Part shown: positions 1 through 9,218 of the stretch, piece by piece
How the letters are laid out: each line of letters begins with the position of its first letter
How positions within the stretch are numbered: the stretch's first letter is position 1
From: an uncultured bacterium
Lineage (GTDB): Bacteria; Fidelibacterota; Marinisomatia; Marinisomatales; UBA1611
Direction of reading: 5' to 3'
DNA length: 64,000 nt
Assembly: GCA_943788175.1 (NCBI GenBank)
Contig: CALSPG010000003.1
Coordinates: 32,001 to 96,000, forward strand
Position numbers and translations under genes: made by a program
The notes under the pieces: generated by a model
What the model was told of the DNA's origin: nothing
Seen by the model: the letters and a program-made list of their open reading frames with translations, nothing else
The model's database searches: none

Positions 1-285
1 ATAGATGCAAAGTCAGTTTCATTAGATGTCTCAGCTGTTATTACAGTTGTAGCTTCTACATCTGCTAATTATAAAGTAGTAATTGAAAATGCTGTAGAAT
101 GCCCTGAAGTTATTCAATGTTTTGCGACTACTGGCGTGGGTTCATTGCTTTTATGGGTAGCAACAAAAAACTCGCAATCTCTTGAAGCATTATTGAGAAA
201 AATCCAAAGTTGGCCAGATATTACACGAACTGAAACTCAAATTATTTTATCATCTTACAAGGACTTACCAAAGCTACCTCTTTAG
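1..285 (+). CDS. Lrp/AsnC family regulator, C-terminal part (cut by window edge; not in ORF track)
   Basis: Frame 1 open from base 1 to TAG 283-285: IDAKSVSLDVSAVITV...PEVIQCFATTG...IQSWPDITRTETQIILSSYK; clearly paralogous to the next ORF. Confidence 0.9.
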   Translation: MDAKSVSLDVSAVITVVASTSANYKVVIENAVECPEVIQCFATTGVGSLLLWVATKNSQSLEALLRKIQSWPDITRTETQIILSSYKDLPKLPL

Positions 286-413
286 CGTTATTTATTTTAT
301 TTAGTAAAAATTGTGTATTTCTTTATTTTATTAGATATAAAATATAAATACCTAATAAAGTATTTCATTTGTCAATAAATATTAATAATATAATATATTA
401 ATATTTATTAAAA

Positions 414-875
414 ATGAAAGTTGATAGCATAGATAAACAAATTTTAGCGATTTTACAACAAGATGGCAGAACATCTGCGAGTAATATTGCATCTGAGCTT
501 AATGTATCAATTCCAACGGTAACAGATCGCATTAAGAAGTTGCAAGATTCACATATTATAAAAGGTATTCATGCTGTTTTAGACCCGAAACCCTTAGGAT
601 TAGATGTTGCTGCAATAATTACACTTATTTCAGAATCTTCATCTCATTACAAAGAGGTTACAGAAGCAGCTGAAATGATGCCTGAGGTTTTACAATGCCT
701 CTCAACAACAGGCAAGGGGTCTCACATGCTGTTTATCGTTACTCGTAATTCTTCGACATTGGAAGGATTATTAAAAACAATTCAAAGCTGGCCCGGAGTT
801 ACTAGAACTGAGACTCAAATTATTTTGTCTGATTATAAAATGATTCAAAAAATAACAGATTTAACTACAATCTAA
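414..875 (+). CDS. Lrp/AsnC family transcriptional regulator
   Basis: N-terminal HTH DSIDKQILAILQQDGRTS...RIKKL plus C-terminal ligand-binding domain. Confidence 0.93.
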   Translation: MKVDSIDKQILAILQQDGRTSASNIASELNVSIPTVTDRIKKLQDSHIIKGIHAVLDPKPLGLDVAAIITLISESSSHYKEVTEAAEMMPEVLQCLSTTGKGSHMLFIVTRNSSTLEGLLKTIQSWPGVTRTETQIILSDYKMIQKITDLTTI

Positions 876-893
876 TTAAATAGGAGAAAAAAA

Positions 894-1904
894 GTGAGCA
901 AAATTAAAGCAGAATATATTTGGATGGATGGGCATATGCCTACTCAAAAACTTAGATCAAAAACTAAAGTCCTAAATGGCCCTATTGATTCTATTTCTGA
1001 TCTTCCTATATGGGGTTTTGATGGCTCAAGTACCAACCAAGCAGTTGGGAATGATAGTGATTGTATGTTAAATCCAGTTTATATGGTTCCCGATTCTATA
1101 AGAGGAGGGGATGATATTCTAGTAATGTGTGAAGTTATGAATCCCGATGGGTCAGTTCATGCTTCTAATACACGTGCACACCTCAGGCATGTATCTGAAA
1201 AATTTTCTAATGAAGAATCATGGTTTGGAATTGAGCAAGAATATACACTTTTTGAAGGGCGTAATCCTCTTGGCTGGCCAGAAGGTGGTTATCCAGCACC
1301 TCAAGGACCTTTTTATTGTGGTGTTGGGGCTGATGAGGTTTTTGGACGTGAAATTGTTGAAGATCATATGCAGTTATGTCTTGATGCAGGGTTAGAACTT
1401 TCAGGTATTAATGCAGAAGTAATGCCTGGGCAATGGGAATACCAAATCGGGCCACTTGGTCCATTGGAAGCATCTGATCAAATGTGGATTTCTAGATGGC
1501 TATTATATAGAATTTCAGAAGAATATGGAGTAAGTGCAACTCTTCATCCAAAACCAGTTAAAGGCGACTGGAATGGAGCAGGAGCACATACAAATTTTAG
1601 TACAAAATCAATGCGTGAAGCTGGTGGTATAGATGTCATAAACGCTGCATGTGAAAAACTGAGTAAAAAACATGATGAGCATATTGAAGTATATGGAGCA
1701 CATAACGATGAGCGTTTGACAGGGTTGCACGAGACTTGTAGTATAAAAGAATTTAGATATGGTGTTAGTGATCGAGGAGCTTCAATCAGAATACCGATGC
1801 AAACTTCAAATGATGGATTTGGTTACTTAGAAGATAGAAGACCTTCAGCAAATATGGACCCGTATAAAGTTTGTGCAATTCTTATTGAAACGACCTGTAA
1901 TTAA
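894..1904 (+). CDS. glnII: Glutamine synthetase type II (eukaryote-like GSII)
   Basis: AEYIWMDG, WGFDGSST, GPFYCGVG, NAEVMPGQWEYQ, GDWNGAGAH, RLTGLHET, YLEDRRP; 336 aa; AGGAG before GTG start. Confidence 0.95.
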   Translation: MSKIKAEYIWMDGHMPTQKLRSKTKVLNGPIDSISDLPIWGFDGSSTNQAVGNDSDCMLNPVYMVPDSIRGGDDILVMCEVMNPDGSVHASNTRAHLRHVSEKFSNEESWFGIEQEYTLFEGRNPLGWPEGGYPAPQGPFYCGVGADEVFGREIVEDHMQLCLDAGLELSGINAEVMPGQWEYQIGPLGPLEASDQMWISRWLLYRISEEYGVSATLHPKPVKGDWNGAGAHTNFSTKSMREAGGIDVINAACEKLSKKHDEHIEVYGAHNDERLTGLHETCSIKEFRYGVSDRGASIRIPMQTSNDGFGYLEDRRPSANMDPYKVCAILIETTCN

Positions 1905-1914
1905 TTAGCGTATT

Positions 1915-1955
1915 TTACTTTGGTTTTCTTCTTAATTGTAAGAAATCCAAAGTAA
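1915..1955. terminator. Inverted repeat between convergent glnII and aroQ; probable bidirectional terminator
   Basis: ttactttggttttctt (1915-1930) / aagaaatccaaagtaa (1940-1955); 16-bp stem with one mismatch. Confidence 0.55.
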
Positions 1956-1966
1956 TTATTTGTAAA

Positions 1967-2395
1967 TTAGCATTTTGAAAGCAAGTTTATAGCCTCAAGA
2001 TACCCCTCTTTACCTCTTCCTGAAATCTGCTTTATTGCCACTTCTTTAATTACAGATTTTTTTCTGAAGTCTTCTCTTGAATTTATATCACTCAAGTGCA
2101 CTTCTACAGTTGGAATATTAATAGCGGAAATAGCATCTCTAATCGCATAAGAGTAGTGAGTATATGCACCAGCATTTATAATTATTCCATTGAATTTTGA
2201 TTCAAAAGCCCAATGTAATTTGTTGATAATTTCACCCTCACTGTTTGATTGAAACCATTGAAGGTCATTTTTTAATGTATCAACTTGTTTTGTTACCCAT
2301 GAAATAATCTGTTCTAAACTTTCTTTACCATAAATCGTTGGTTCTCTTTTTCCAATTAGGTTGAGATTAGGACCATTTATTATTAAAAATTTCAT
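1967..2395 (-). CDS. aroQ: 3-dehydroquinate dehydratase type II
   Basis: INGPNLNLIGKREPTIYG, NAGAYTHYS, VEVHLS. Confidence 0.96.
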   Translation of the reverse strand: MKFLIINGPNLNLIGKREPTIYGKESLEQIISWVTKQVDTLKNDLQWFQSNSEGEIINKLHWAFESKFNGIIINAGAYTHYSYAIRDAISAINIPTVEVHLSDINSREDFRKKSVIKEVAIKQISGRGKEGYLEAINLLSKC

Positions 2396-2430
2396 TTTAT
2401 AATAATTTAAAAGATTCTTTTAAGATGAGA

Positions 2431-3465
2431 TTATCTACATTCTTGACTAATAGTTGCCTCACCAATTTTATTTAGAATAATAAACTTTAATTTCCCTTTG
2501 ACAAATTTTTTATCCCGTTTGATAAGGGATAATAATTCTTCGCTGTTTATTTTTTTTAATTTAGGGAGTGGAAGGGTCCGAATTAATTTTTCTAGAACGT
2601 TAAATTGCTTTTCATCTAACTTTTTAAGTTTAAAGGAAACATATCCTGCGCAGAGCATTCCAAATGCTACTGCTTCACCATGTCGTAATGTATTAAAACC
2701 AAATTTTAACTCTAGAGCATGACCGATGGTATGCCCAAAATTCAAAATTCCTCGAATTCCATTATCAAATTCATCTTTTGATACGATATCTGCTTTTAGC
2801 TTACAACAAATTTCAATAGCTTCTGAAAAAGGAAATGCTGGGATATCTTGAACCCAAAGTGAAATTTTTTCAAAAAACTCCTTATCTAAAATAGCACCAT
2901 ACTTTATTATCTCTCCTAGGCCAGAAATTACTTCCTCTTGTGAAAGGGTAGCTAAAAAATTTTGATCTATAAACACTCCTTTTGGTTGATATATTGCTCC
3001 AATTAAATTTTTACCCCTGTCTATATTAATTCCAGTTTTACCTCCAATTGATGAGTCAACCATTGATAATAGTGTTGTAGGAATTTGGAAATATTTAATA
3101 CCTCTCATAAAGCTGGAAGCAATAAAACCAGAAACATCACCAACGACTCCTCCACCCAATGAAAGGATACACGTTTTTCGATCACAACCTAAATCAATCA
3201 TTTGACTTATTGCTCTATTGTATTCGTTTATACTTTTTGCTGCTTCTCCATTTGGCAACGTAATATAAGAACAGTCAAATCCTGAACAGATTAGATTGCT
3301 TTTAAGATCATATCCGAATAGTTCCATCAATTTATATTGCGATATAATTATCCATTTTTGTCCATTATTATATTCGGATAATAACGATGGAAGGCTGTTT
3401 TTTATACCAGGTTCAATATTTATGTAATATGAACGATCTCTAAGATTAACTTTATACTTTTTCAA
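2431..3465 (-). CDS. aroB: 3-dehydroquinate synthase (true C-terminus probably reaches 2397 across a 1-nt indel)
   Basis: LGGGVVGD, PTTLLSMVDSSIGGKTG, LNFGHTIGHALE, HGEAV. Confidence 0.95.
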   Translation of the reverse strand: MKKYKVNLRDRSYYINIEPGIKNSLPSLLSEYNNGQKWIIISQYKLMELFGYDLKSNLICSGFDCSYITLPNGEAAKSINEYNRAISQMIDLGCDRKTCILSLGGGVVGDVSGFIASSFMRGIKYFQIPTTLLSMVDSSIGGKTGINIDRGKNLIGAIYQPKGVFIDQNFLATLSQEEVISGLGEIIKYGAILDKEFFEKISLWVQDIPAFPFSEAIEICCKLKADIVSKDEFDNGIRGILNFGHTIGHALELKFGFNTLRHGEAVAFGMLCAGYVSFKLKKLDEKQFNVLEKLIRTLPLPKLKKINSEELLSLIKRDKKFVKGKLKFIILNKIGEATISQECR

Positions 3466-3964
3466 CTTTTATATTTTTAATTATTGTTTTACAAATATCA
3501 TCTAACGATTTATTATCAGTAATGACTGTATCGTTTGCAGACTCAAAAAAAAGTAATTTTCTTTCTTCATAAATAGCTTTTAGCGATTTTTTAATATTTT
3601 TATAATCAATTAAAGGTCTATCCATATTGATATCATTTGATAATCTTTTTTTTAACGTTGATAATGATGATTTTAAATATATTGTATAACCTTTATTTTT
3701 TAAATAGTTTCTATTTTCTTTTGCTAAAATACTTCCACCTCCACAAGAAATAACACCATCACCGCGTATTTTTTTTAATGATTCTTTTTCAATTTGTCTA
3801 AAATATTGCTCGCCTTTTTTTTTAAAAATTTCATTTATTGAAATTCCTTCACTATCTACTAGCATACTATCAGTATCAAAAAATGGCATATCCATATATT
3901 TTGATAATCTTTCCCCAACTGATGATTTACCACTACCCATCATTCCTATCAAAAATATTTTCAT
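3452..3964 (-). CDS. aroK: Shikimate kinase
   Basis: IFLIGMMGSGKS, DTD, FRQIE, SCGGG, DRPL. Confidence 0.95.
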   Translation of the reverse strand: MKIFLIGMMGSGKSSVGERLSKYMDMPFFDTDSMLVDSEGISINEIFKKKGEQYFRQIEKESLKKIRGDGVISCGGGSILAKENRNYLKNKGYTIYLKSSLSTLKKRLSNDINMDRPLIDYKNIKKSLKAIYEERKLLFFESANDTVITDNKSLDDICKTIIKNIKVEKV

Positions 3965-5124
3965 TAATATTTAGCGGATGCTTTTAAATGAGCTCGTAAT
4001 TGTTTCATAGAATCGCCACCAAATTTTTCTAAAATTACATCAGCTAATACAATACACATCATGCTTTCGGCTATGATGGACGCAGCTGGAACAGCACAGG
4101 AATCAGTTCTTTCTTTGTGAGCATCTTTTTTTTCTTTTGTATGAATATCGATAGACCTTAATGATTTAATTAATGTAGGAATAGGTTTCATAGCAATTTT
4201 CGCAATTATTGGCATAGCATTACTCATTCCACCCTCAATTCCGCCAGCATTATTTGAGAAGCGTTTATAATTTTTACCATCCCATCCGATTTCATCATGA
4301 ATTTCACTTCCGAATTTTTCTCCTGAACTTAAACCTTGCCCAATTTCTATAGATTTAAAAGCATTAACACTCATCAACAGTGAAGTTATTTTTGATTGCA
4401 GTTTTCGATCCCATTGTGAGTAAGAACCCAAACCATAAGGTAGTCCTGTTGAAAAAACTTCAAAAACCCCACCGACTGAGTCACCATTTTGTTTTGCTTG
4501 ATCGATAATATCAATCATTTCACTTTCTTTGTTTTTATCTAAACATCTTAATGGAGAATTATCGGCTAAATCATTGATTGCATTTGCAGTCATGCTTTTG
4601 GGTATGTCTGATGTATCAGTAATATTGTGAATTTGAACCACTCTGCTTGCAACATTTATTCCTATCTCATTTAATAATTTTCTACATACAGATGCAAGCG
4701 CAACCCTCATCGTTGTTTCTCTAGCGCTTGATCTTTCTAAAACATTTCGTATGTCATCAAAACCAAATTTTTCAACACCTGCAAGATCAGCATGTCCAGG
4801 ACGAGGGAGTGTCACTTTTTTAGGTTTTTTTTCAGGCACTCCAATGGTCATTTTATCTTTCCAATTTTCCCAGTCCTTATTTCTAACTATCAAACCAATT
4901 GGTGATGCTATAGTTTCACCAAGTCTTATACCTGACCAGATTTCCACTTGATCTTTTTCAATTTTCATCCGTCCACCTCGACCATATCCCATCTGTCGCC
5001 TACCAAGCTGAATATCGATGTACTCTTTTTCGATTTTTAATCCAGCCGGAATTCCATCAAGTATGCCTAATAATCCTCTTCCATGGGATTCTCCAGCAGT
5101 TAAAAATTTTATTTTTGTAAGCAT
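3964..5124 (-). CDS. aroC: Chorismate synthase
   Basis: TAGESHG, PRPGHAD, ERSSARET, NNAGGIEGG. Confidence 0.97.
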   Translation of the reverse strand: MLTKIKFLTAGESHGRGLLGILDGIPAGLKIEKEYIDIQLGRRQMGYGRGGRMKIEKDQVEIWSGIRLGETIASPIGLIVRNKDWENWKDKMTIGVPEKKPKKVTLPRPGHADLAGVEKFGFDDIRNVLERSSARETTMRVALASVCRKLLNEIGINVASRVVQIHNITDTSDIPKSMTANAINDLADNSPLRCLDKNKESEMIDIIDQAKQNGDSVGGVFEVFSTGLPYGLGSYSQWDRKLQSKITSLLMSVNAFKSIEIGQGLSSGEKFGSEIHDEIGWDGKNYKRFSNNAGGIEGGMSNAMPIIAKIAMKPIPTLIKSLRSIDIHTKEKKDAHKERTDSCAVPAASIIAESMMCIVLADVILEKFGGDSMKQLRAHLKASAKY

Positions 5125-5903
5125 AAGTGTTTCTCTAAGGTAGTTTTAATTATTTTAAAATTAATATGTTCATCGACATTTTCACCAAGCCAAATATTTA
5201 AAGATGCAATTCCTTGAAAAATAAGCATATCAAGACCACTGATGGTTCGGGCTCCTAATTTTTCGCATTGTCTTAACCACTTAGTTTTTAGTGGGTTATA
5301 TATCGTATCAATAATAATATGGCTATCATTGACTTCTATTTTAGAAGGTATTTTATGTTCATATCGTCCCATTCCTAGCGGTGTGCAGTTTATGATAATT
5401 TTGGGATTAATATTTTTACAAGATATTCCTCTTTTTAAAATCCAATTCTCCAATTTAATTTTATTTTCAAGATTTCTATTTTCTACTGATATAGATTCAG
5501 CGTTTCCTTCAATGAGTGCAAAAGCAATGGCGTACGCTGCTCCACCAGCTCCAATAATTAAACACGACTTGTTTTCGATATCAACTTCGTTTTGTTTGAG
5601 AGCATGTAAAAAACCAATCCAATCAGTATTATAACCTTTACTATTGTAAACGCAGTTTACAGCTGTTATTTCTCGTGCATAAACATCAAGATATTTAAGA
5701 TCCTTTATAATAATATTTTTATGCGGGATAGTTACGTTGTATCCATCATAATTATTTGTGTTTACAAAATTTTTGATTTGATATGGGAAAACATTAATTT
5801 TTTCATAAGAAGCATCTATCTTAAGTTGTTTTATAATTGTTGTGTGAAGTAGTGGACTAATGGTTTGACTTACAGGGTTTCCAATTACTGCAAACTTCTT
5901 CAT
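5109..5903 (-). CDS. aroE: Shikimate dehydrogenase
   Basis: IGNPV..SP, NVTIPHK, AVN, GYNTD, GAGGAA, NCTPLGM. Confidence 0.95.
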   Translation of the reverse strand: MKKFAVIGNPVSQTISPLLHTTIIKQLKIDASYEKINVFPYQIKNFVNTNNYDGYNVTIPHKNIIIKDLKYLDVYAREITAVNCVYNSKGYNTDWIGFLHALKQNEVDIENKSCLIIGAGGAAYAIAFALIEGNAESISVENRNLENKIKLENWILKRGISCKNINPKIIINCTPLGMGRYEHKIPSKIEVNDSHIIIDTIYNPLKTKWLRQCEKLGARTISGLDMLIFQGIASLNIWLGENVDEHINFKIIKTTLEKHLCLQK

Positions 5904-7150
5904 TTTACTAGCATTTTTATTTTATTGAAAAAATCTGGAAATGATATATCTACGCAATCATAATTATCCAGTATTGTATTGCCTTCAGCAACCAGACCTG
6001 CAATAGTAAAAGCCATCGCAATTCTATGATCATTGAAAGTGTTTATATTGGCTCCTTTTAATTTTGTAGGCCCAGTTATTGTCAACCCGTCTTCAAACTC
6101 TTCAACACATGCGCCCATTTTTCGGAGATTAATCACTATTGCTTTAATTCTGTCTGATTCTTTTACTCGTAGTTCTCTTGCACCTTTTATCATTGTTTTT
6201 CCAATTGCCTGAGTTGCAATAACGGCAAGCATTGGTATTTCATCAATTATACTCGGTATCTTACTTTCTTTAATATGAATGCCAAGTAACTTTCGTTGTT
6301 TGATTGATATATCATTCACTAATTCGCCAGCTACATTTTTTCCATTTTTCAGATTTATATCTACTCCCATTGACTTAATTATATTAAAAAATTCAAATCT
6401 AGTGGGGTTTGATAATATTTTTTTTAATATTAAGGTTGATTTTGGCAATATTGATGCTGCTCCTGCAAAAAAAGCTGCGGATGATGGATCTCCAGGTATT
6501 TCAATATTAAGTGGTCTGAGAGCATGAATTGGAGGTATAAGACAAATACCATTATTTGCTTTCTTAATAGTTACGCCAACATTTTTCAGCATTATTTCTG
6601 TATGGTCTCTTGATAATATAGGTTCATGGTAGTAAGTAGGCTTAGTTGCGGTTAAACCTGAGAGTAAAATTGCAGATTTGACTTGCGCGCTTGAAATTTT
6701 ATTTTTGTATTTAAAACCAGTTAATACACTTTTTTTGATTATTATTGGTGCAAGACTATTAATGCTTTTTATATCGACACCTCTTTCAAAAAGGGGTTTG
6801 ATTATTCTCTCCATTGGTCTGTTTGAAAGAGATTTATCTCCTATTAAAGTAGCATTTATTCCTTTGCTTGCTAATAACCCGCAAAGCAACCGCATAGAAG
6901 TACCTGAATTACCACAGTCAAGCTCTTTTGAAGGGCTAGAAAATGTATCTCCTTTTATAAGTTTAACATTATTTAGACCATTTTTTATAGATATGCCACA
7001 AAGTTTTAGGCAATATTCTGTTGATTGAACATCTTTACCATCTGATAAGTTTTTTATAGTCGAAATTTGTGGTGAAAGTGATGCAACCATCAGTGCTCTG
7101 TGAGATATCGATTTGTCCCCAGGGAGATTGATTGAACCTGTAATAGTCAT
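5900..7150 (-). CDS. aroA: EPSP synthase (3-phosphoshikimate 1-carboxyvinyltransferase)
   Basis: PGDKSISHR, DCGNSGT, SAQVKSA, RDHTE, RVKESDR, DHRIAM. Confidence 0.96.
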   Translation of the reverse strand: MTITGSINLPGDKSISHRALMVASLSPQISTIKNLSDGKDVQSTEYCLKLCGISIKNGLNNVKLIKGDTFSSPSKELDCGNSGTSMRLLCGLLASKGINATLIGDKSLSNRPMERIIKPLFERGVDIKSINSLAPIIIKKSVLTGFKYKNKISSAQVKSAILLSGLTATKPTYYHEPILSRDHTEIMLKNVGVTIKKANNGICLIPPIHALRPLNIEIPGDPSSAAFFAGAASILPKSTLILKKILSNPTRFEFFNIIKSMGVDINLKNGKNVAGELVNDISIKQRKLLGIHIKESKIPSIIDEIPMLAVIATQAIGKTMIKGARELRVKESDRIKAIVINLRKMGACVEEFEDGLTITGPTKLKGANINTFNDHRIAMAFTIAGLVAEGNTILDNYDCVDISFPDFFNKIKMLVK

Positions 7151-8499
7151 TATTGTTTTCTTAAACAGTCAGCGATTAGAAATGCTAATTCTATTGCTTG
7201 ATTTGCATTTAGTCTTGGGTCACAGTGAGTGCGGTATCGATCTTTTAAGTCTGAATCAGAAATTTTATCTAAACCACCCGTACATTCTGTTACATTTTGT
7301 CCCGTCATTTCAAGGTGGATTCCTCCTGGATGAGAGCCTTCAGCTTTATGAATCTCAATATTTGACTTTACTTCGCCTAAAATATTCTCAAACCTTCTAG
7401 TTTTTACTCCTGATTTATTTTTTATTGTATTCCCGTGCATTGGGTCACAAGACCAAATCACATTTTTGCCTTCTTTAGTTAATGTTTTGATAATTTTAGG
7501 AAGATACTGTTCAACCTTGTTATACCCAAAGCGTGTAATTAAGGTTATTTTGCCTGATTCATTTAAAGGGTTTAGCGTATCTATTATTTTTAATAGAGAC
7601 TCAGTATTGGTTTTTGGTCCACACTTTATACCAATTGGGTTCTGAATTCCTCGACAAAATTCAATATGGGCACTATCAATAAATCTAGTTCGATCGCCAA
7701 TCCACAAAAAATGTGCTGATGTATTATAAGTATCTCCCGACGTTGAATCTGATCTGGTTAGTGCTTCTTCATATGGAAGTAATAAGGCTTCATGACTGGT
7801 ATAGTATTTCACACTTCTAAGTTGAGGCGTATTGCTTGAATTAATACCTAAAGCTTCCATGAATTTTAAACTTTTCTGAATTTCCTCAGCTAAATGTCCA
7901 TATCTTTCACCTTGAGAACCGCCTTTAACAAACCCCATATTCCAAGATTGTACATGTTTTAAATCTGCATAGCCTCCGTCTGCAAAAGCTCTTAGGAGGT
8001 TCAAGGTAGATGCAGCTTGAGAGTATGCTGTTAGCATTCTATCTGGATCAGGTGCTCTTTTTATCGAATCAAATTCAATACTATTAATTATGTCGCCAGC
8101 ATAACTAGGAAAGCTTTGACCATTTATTGTTTCGAACTCACTTGATCGGGGTTTAGCAAATTGTCCAGCCATTCTACCAACTTTTATAACTGGTAGTTTA
8201 GTGCTTGATGTTAGAATAACTGCCATCTGAAGTAATACTCTAAAAGTGTCACGAATATTATCAGCATTAAATTCCGAAAAACTCTCTGCACAATCTCCAC
8301 CTTGCAATAAAAATCCATTGCCGTCACTCACTTCTGAAAGGTTCTTTTTTAAAGCGCGTACTTCGCCGGCAAAAACCAGAGGTGGAAAGCTTTTAAGTGT
8401 TTTTTCAGTAGCTCTTAATTTTTCAGCATCTCTGTACGTAGGAACGTGCTTTGCTTTAAAATCCCGCCAACTGTTTATTCTCCATTGGTTCATTTTCAA
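7150..8499 (-). CDS. DAHP synthase class II (plant/actinobacterial type)
   Basis: LLQGGDCAESF, RMAGQFAKPRS, SHEALLLPYE, WIGDRTR, DPMHGNT, CDPRLN. Confidence 0.95.
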   Translation of the reverse strand: MKMNQWRINSWRDFKAKHVPTYRDAEKLRATEKTLKSFPPLVFAGEVRALKKNLSEVSDGNGFLLQGGDCAESFSEFNADNIRDTFRVLLQMAVILTSSTKLPVIKVGRMAGQFAKPRSSEFETINGQSFPSYAGDIINSIEFDSIKRAPDPDRMLTAYSQAASTLNLLRAFADGGYADLKHVQSWNMGFVKGGSQGERYGHLAEEIQKSLKFMEALGINSSNTPQLRSVKYYTSHEALLLPYEEALTRSDSTSGDTYNTSAHFLWIGDRTRFIDSAHIEFCRGIQNPIGIKCGPKTNTESLLKIIDTLNPLNESGKITLITRFGYNKVEQYLPKIIKTLTKEGKNVIWSCDPMHGNTIKNKSGVKTRRFENILGEVKSNIEIHKAEGSHPGGIHLEMTGQNVTECTGGLDKISDSDLKDRYRTHCDPRLNANQAIELAFLIADCLRKQ

Positions 8500-9218
8500 A
8501 CTCCTTCAGAGTCGTTTTTAACTTTTTCAAAAGATTCTTTTAATCTGCGTATTGTGTTTTTTGTATATGGATTGTAAGATTGCAGATCTGAATATAGTTG
8601 CCAGCTATCATTGCAGGTCTGCTCAACGAGGTTCAATAAATCTCTAAATCCTTGAGTATCTAGATTCGTTTTAGAAATACCAAATTCCTTCAGAGTTCGT
8701 CCAAGAAAATGAGTGATACCTTGAGTATTAGCTGCAAGCTTATCATGTTCTTCTGGACTCATATCTAACACATTAATATTTTGATCATTGAAGTATTTTT
8801 TCCAAAAAGGATATTGGTTTTGGCAGTCTCTCGTTCTATGCATCATCATTTTTAACTTCTGGTTGGTTAAAATAGAATCAGGGCCAAACATTGGGTGTGT
8901 TGATATTATTCCAATATTTTTAGGGAGGTGTTTTAACATTACTCTTGATGTATGAATTTTAACAGAACAAACATCAATGATGGTCCTATCACCTTCAATA
9001 ATTTTCGATATTTTTTGAATTAATTTTTCAAATTGGTGTATTGGAATAGCTACAAAAATAATCTTTTCCTCAAGTACTTTTTCTAAAGTAAGAAAGTTGA
9101 CATTTCTTGTTGAGACTCCTTCTTCAATATCATGAACTTTTAATGAAAAACCTTTTTGAAGAATATTTGCTAATACTTTACCAAATCTTCCATATCCAAT
9201 TATTCCGATAGTAGTCAT
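8496..9218 (-). CDS. tyrA: TyrA family prephenate/arogenate dehydrogenase, plant-ADH-like
   Basis: GIIGYGRFG, DVCSVK, THPMFGP, EEHDK..A.TQ.ITH. Confidence 0.9.
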   Translation of the reverse strand: MTTIGIIGYGRFGKVLANILQKGFSLKVHDIEEGVSTRNVNFLTLEKVLEEKIIFVAIPIHQFEKLIQKISKIIEGDRTIIDVCSVKIHTSRVMLKHLPKNIGIISTHPMFGPDSILTNQKLKMMMHRTRDCQNQYPFWKKYFNDQNINVLDMSPEEHDKLAANTQGITHFLGRTLKEFGISKTNLDTQGFRDLLNLVEQTCNDSWQLYSDLQSYNPYTKNTIRRLKESFEKVKNDSEGV

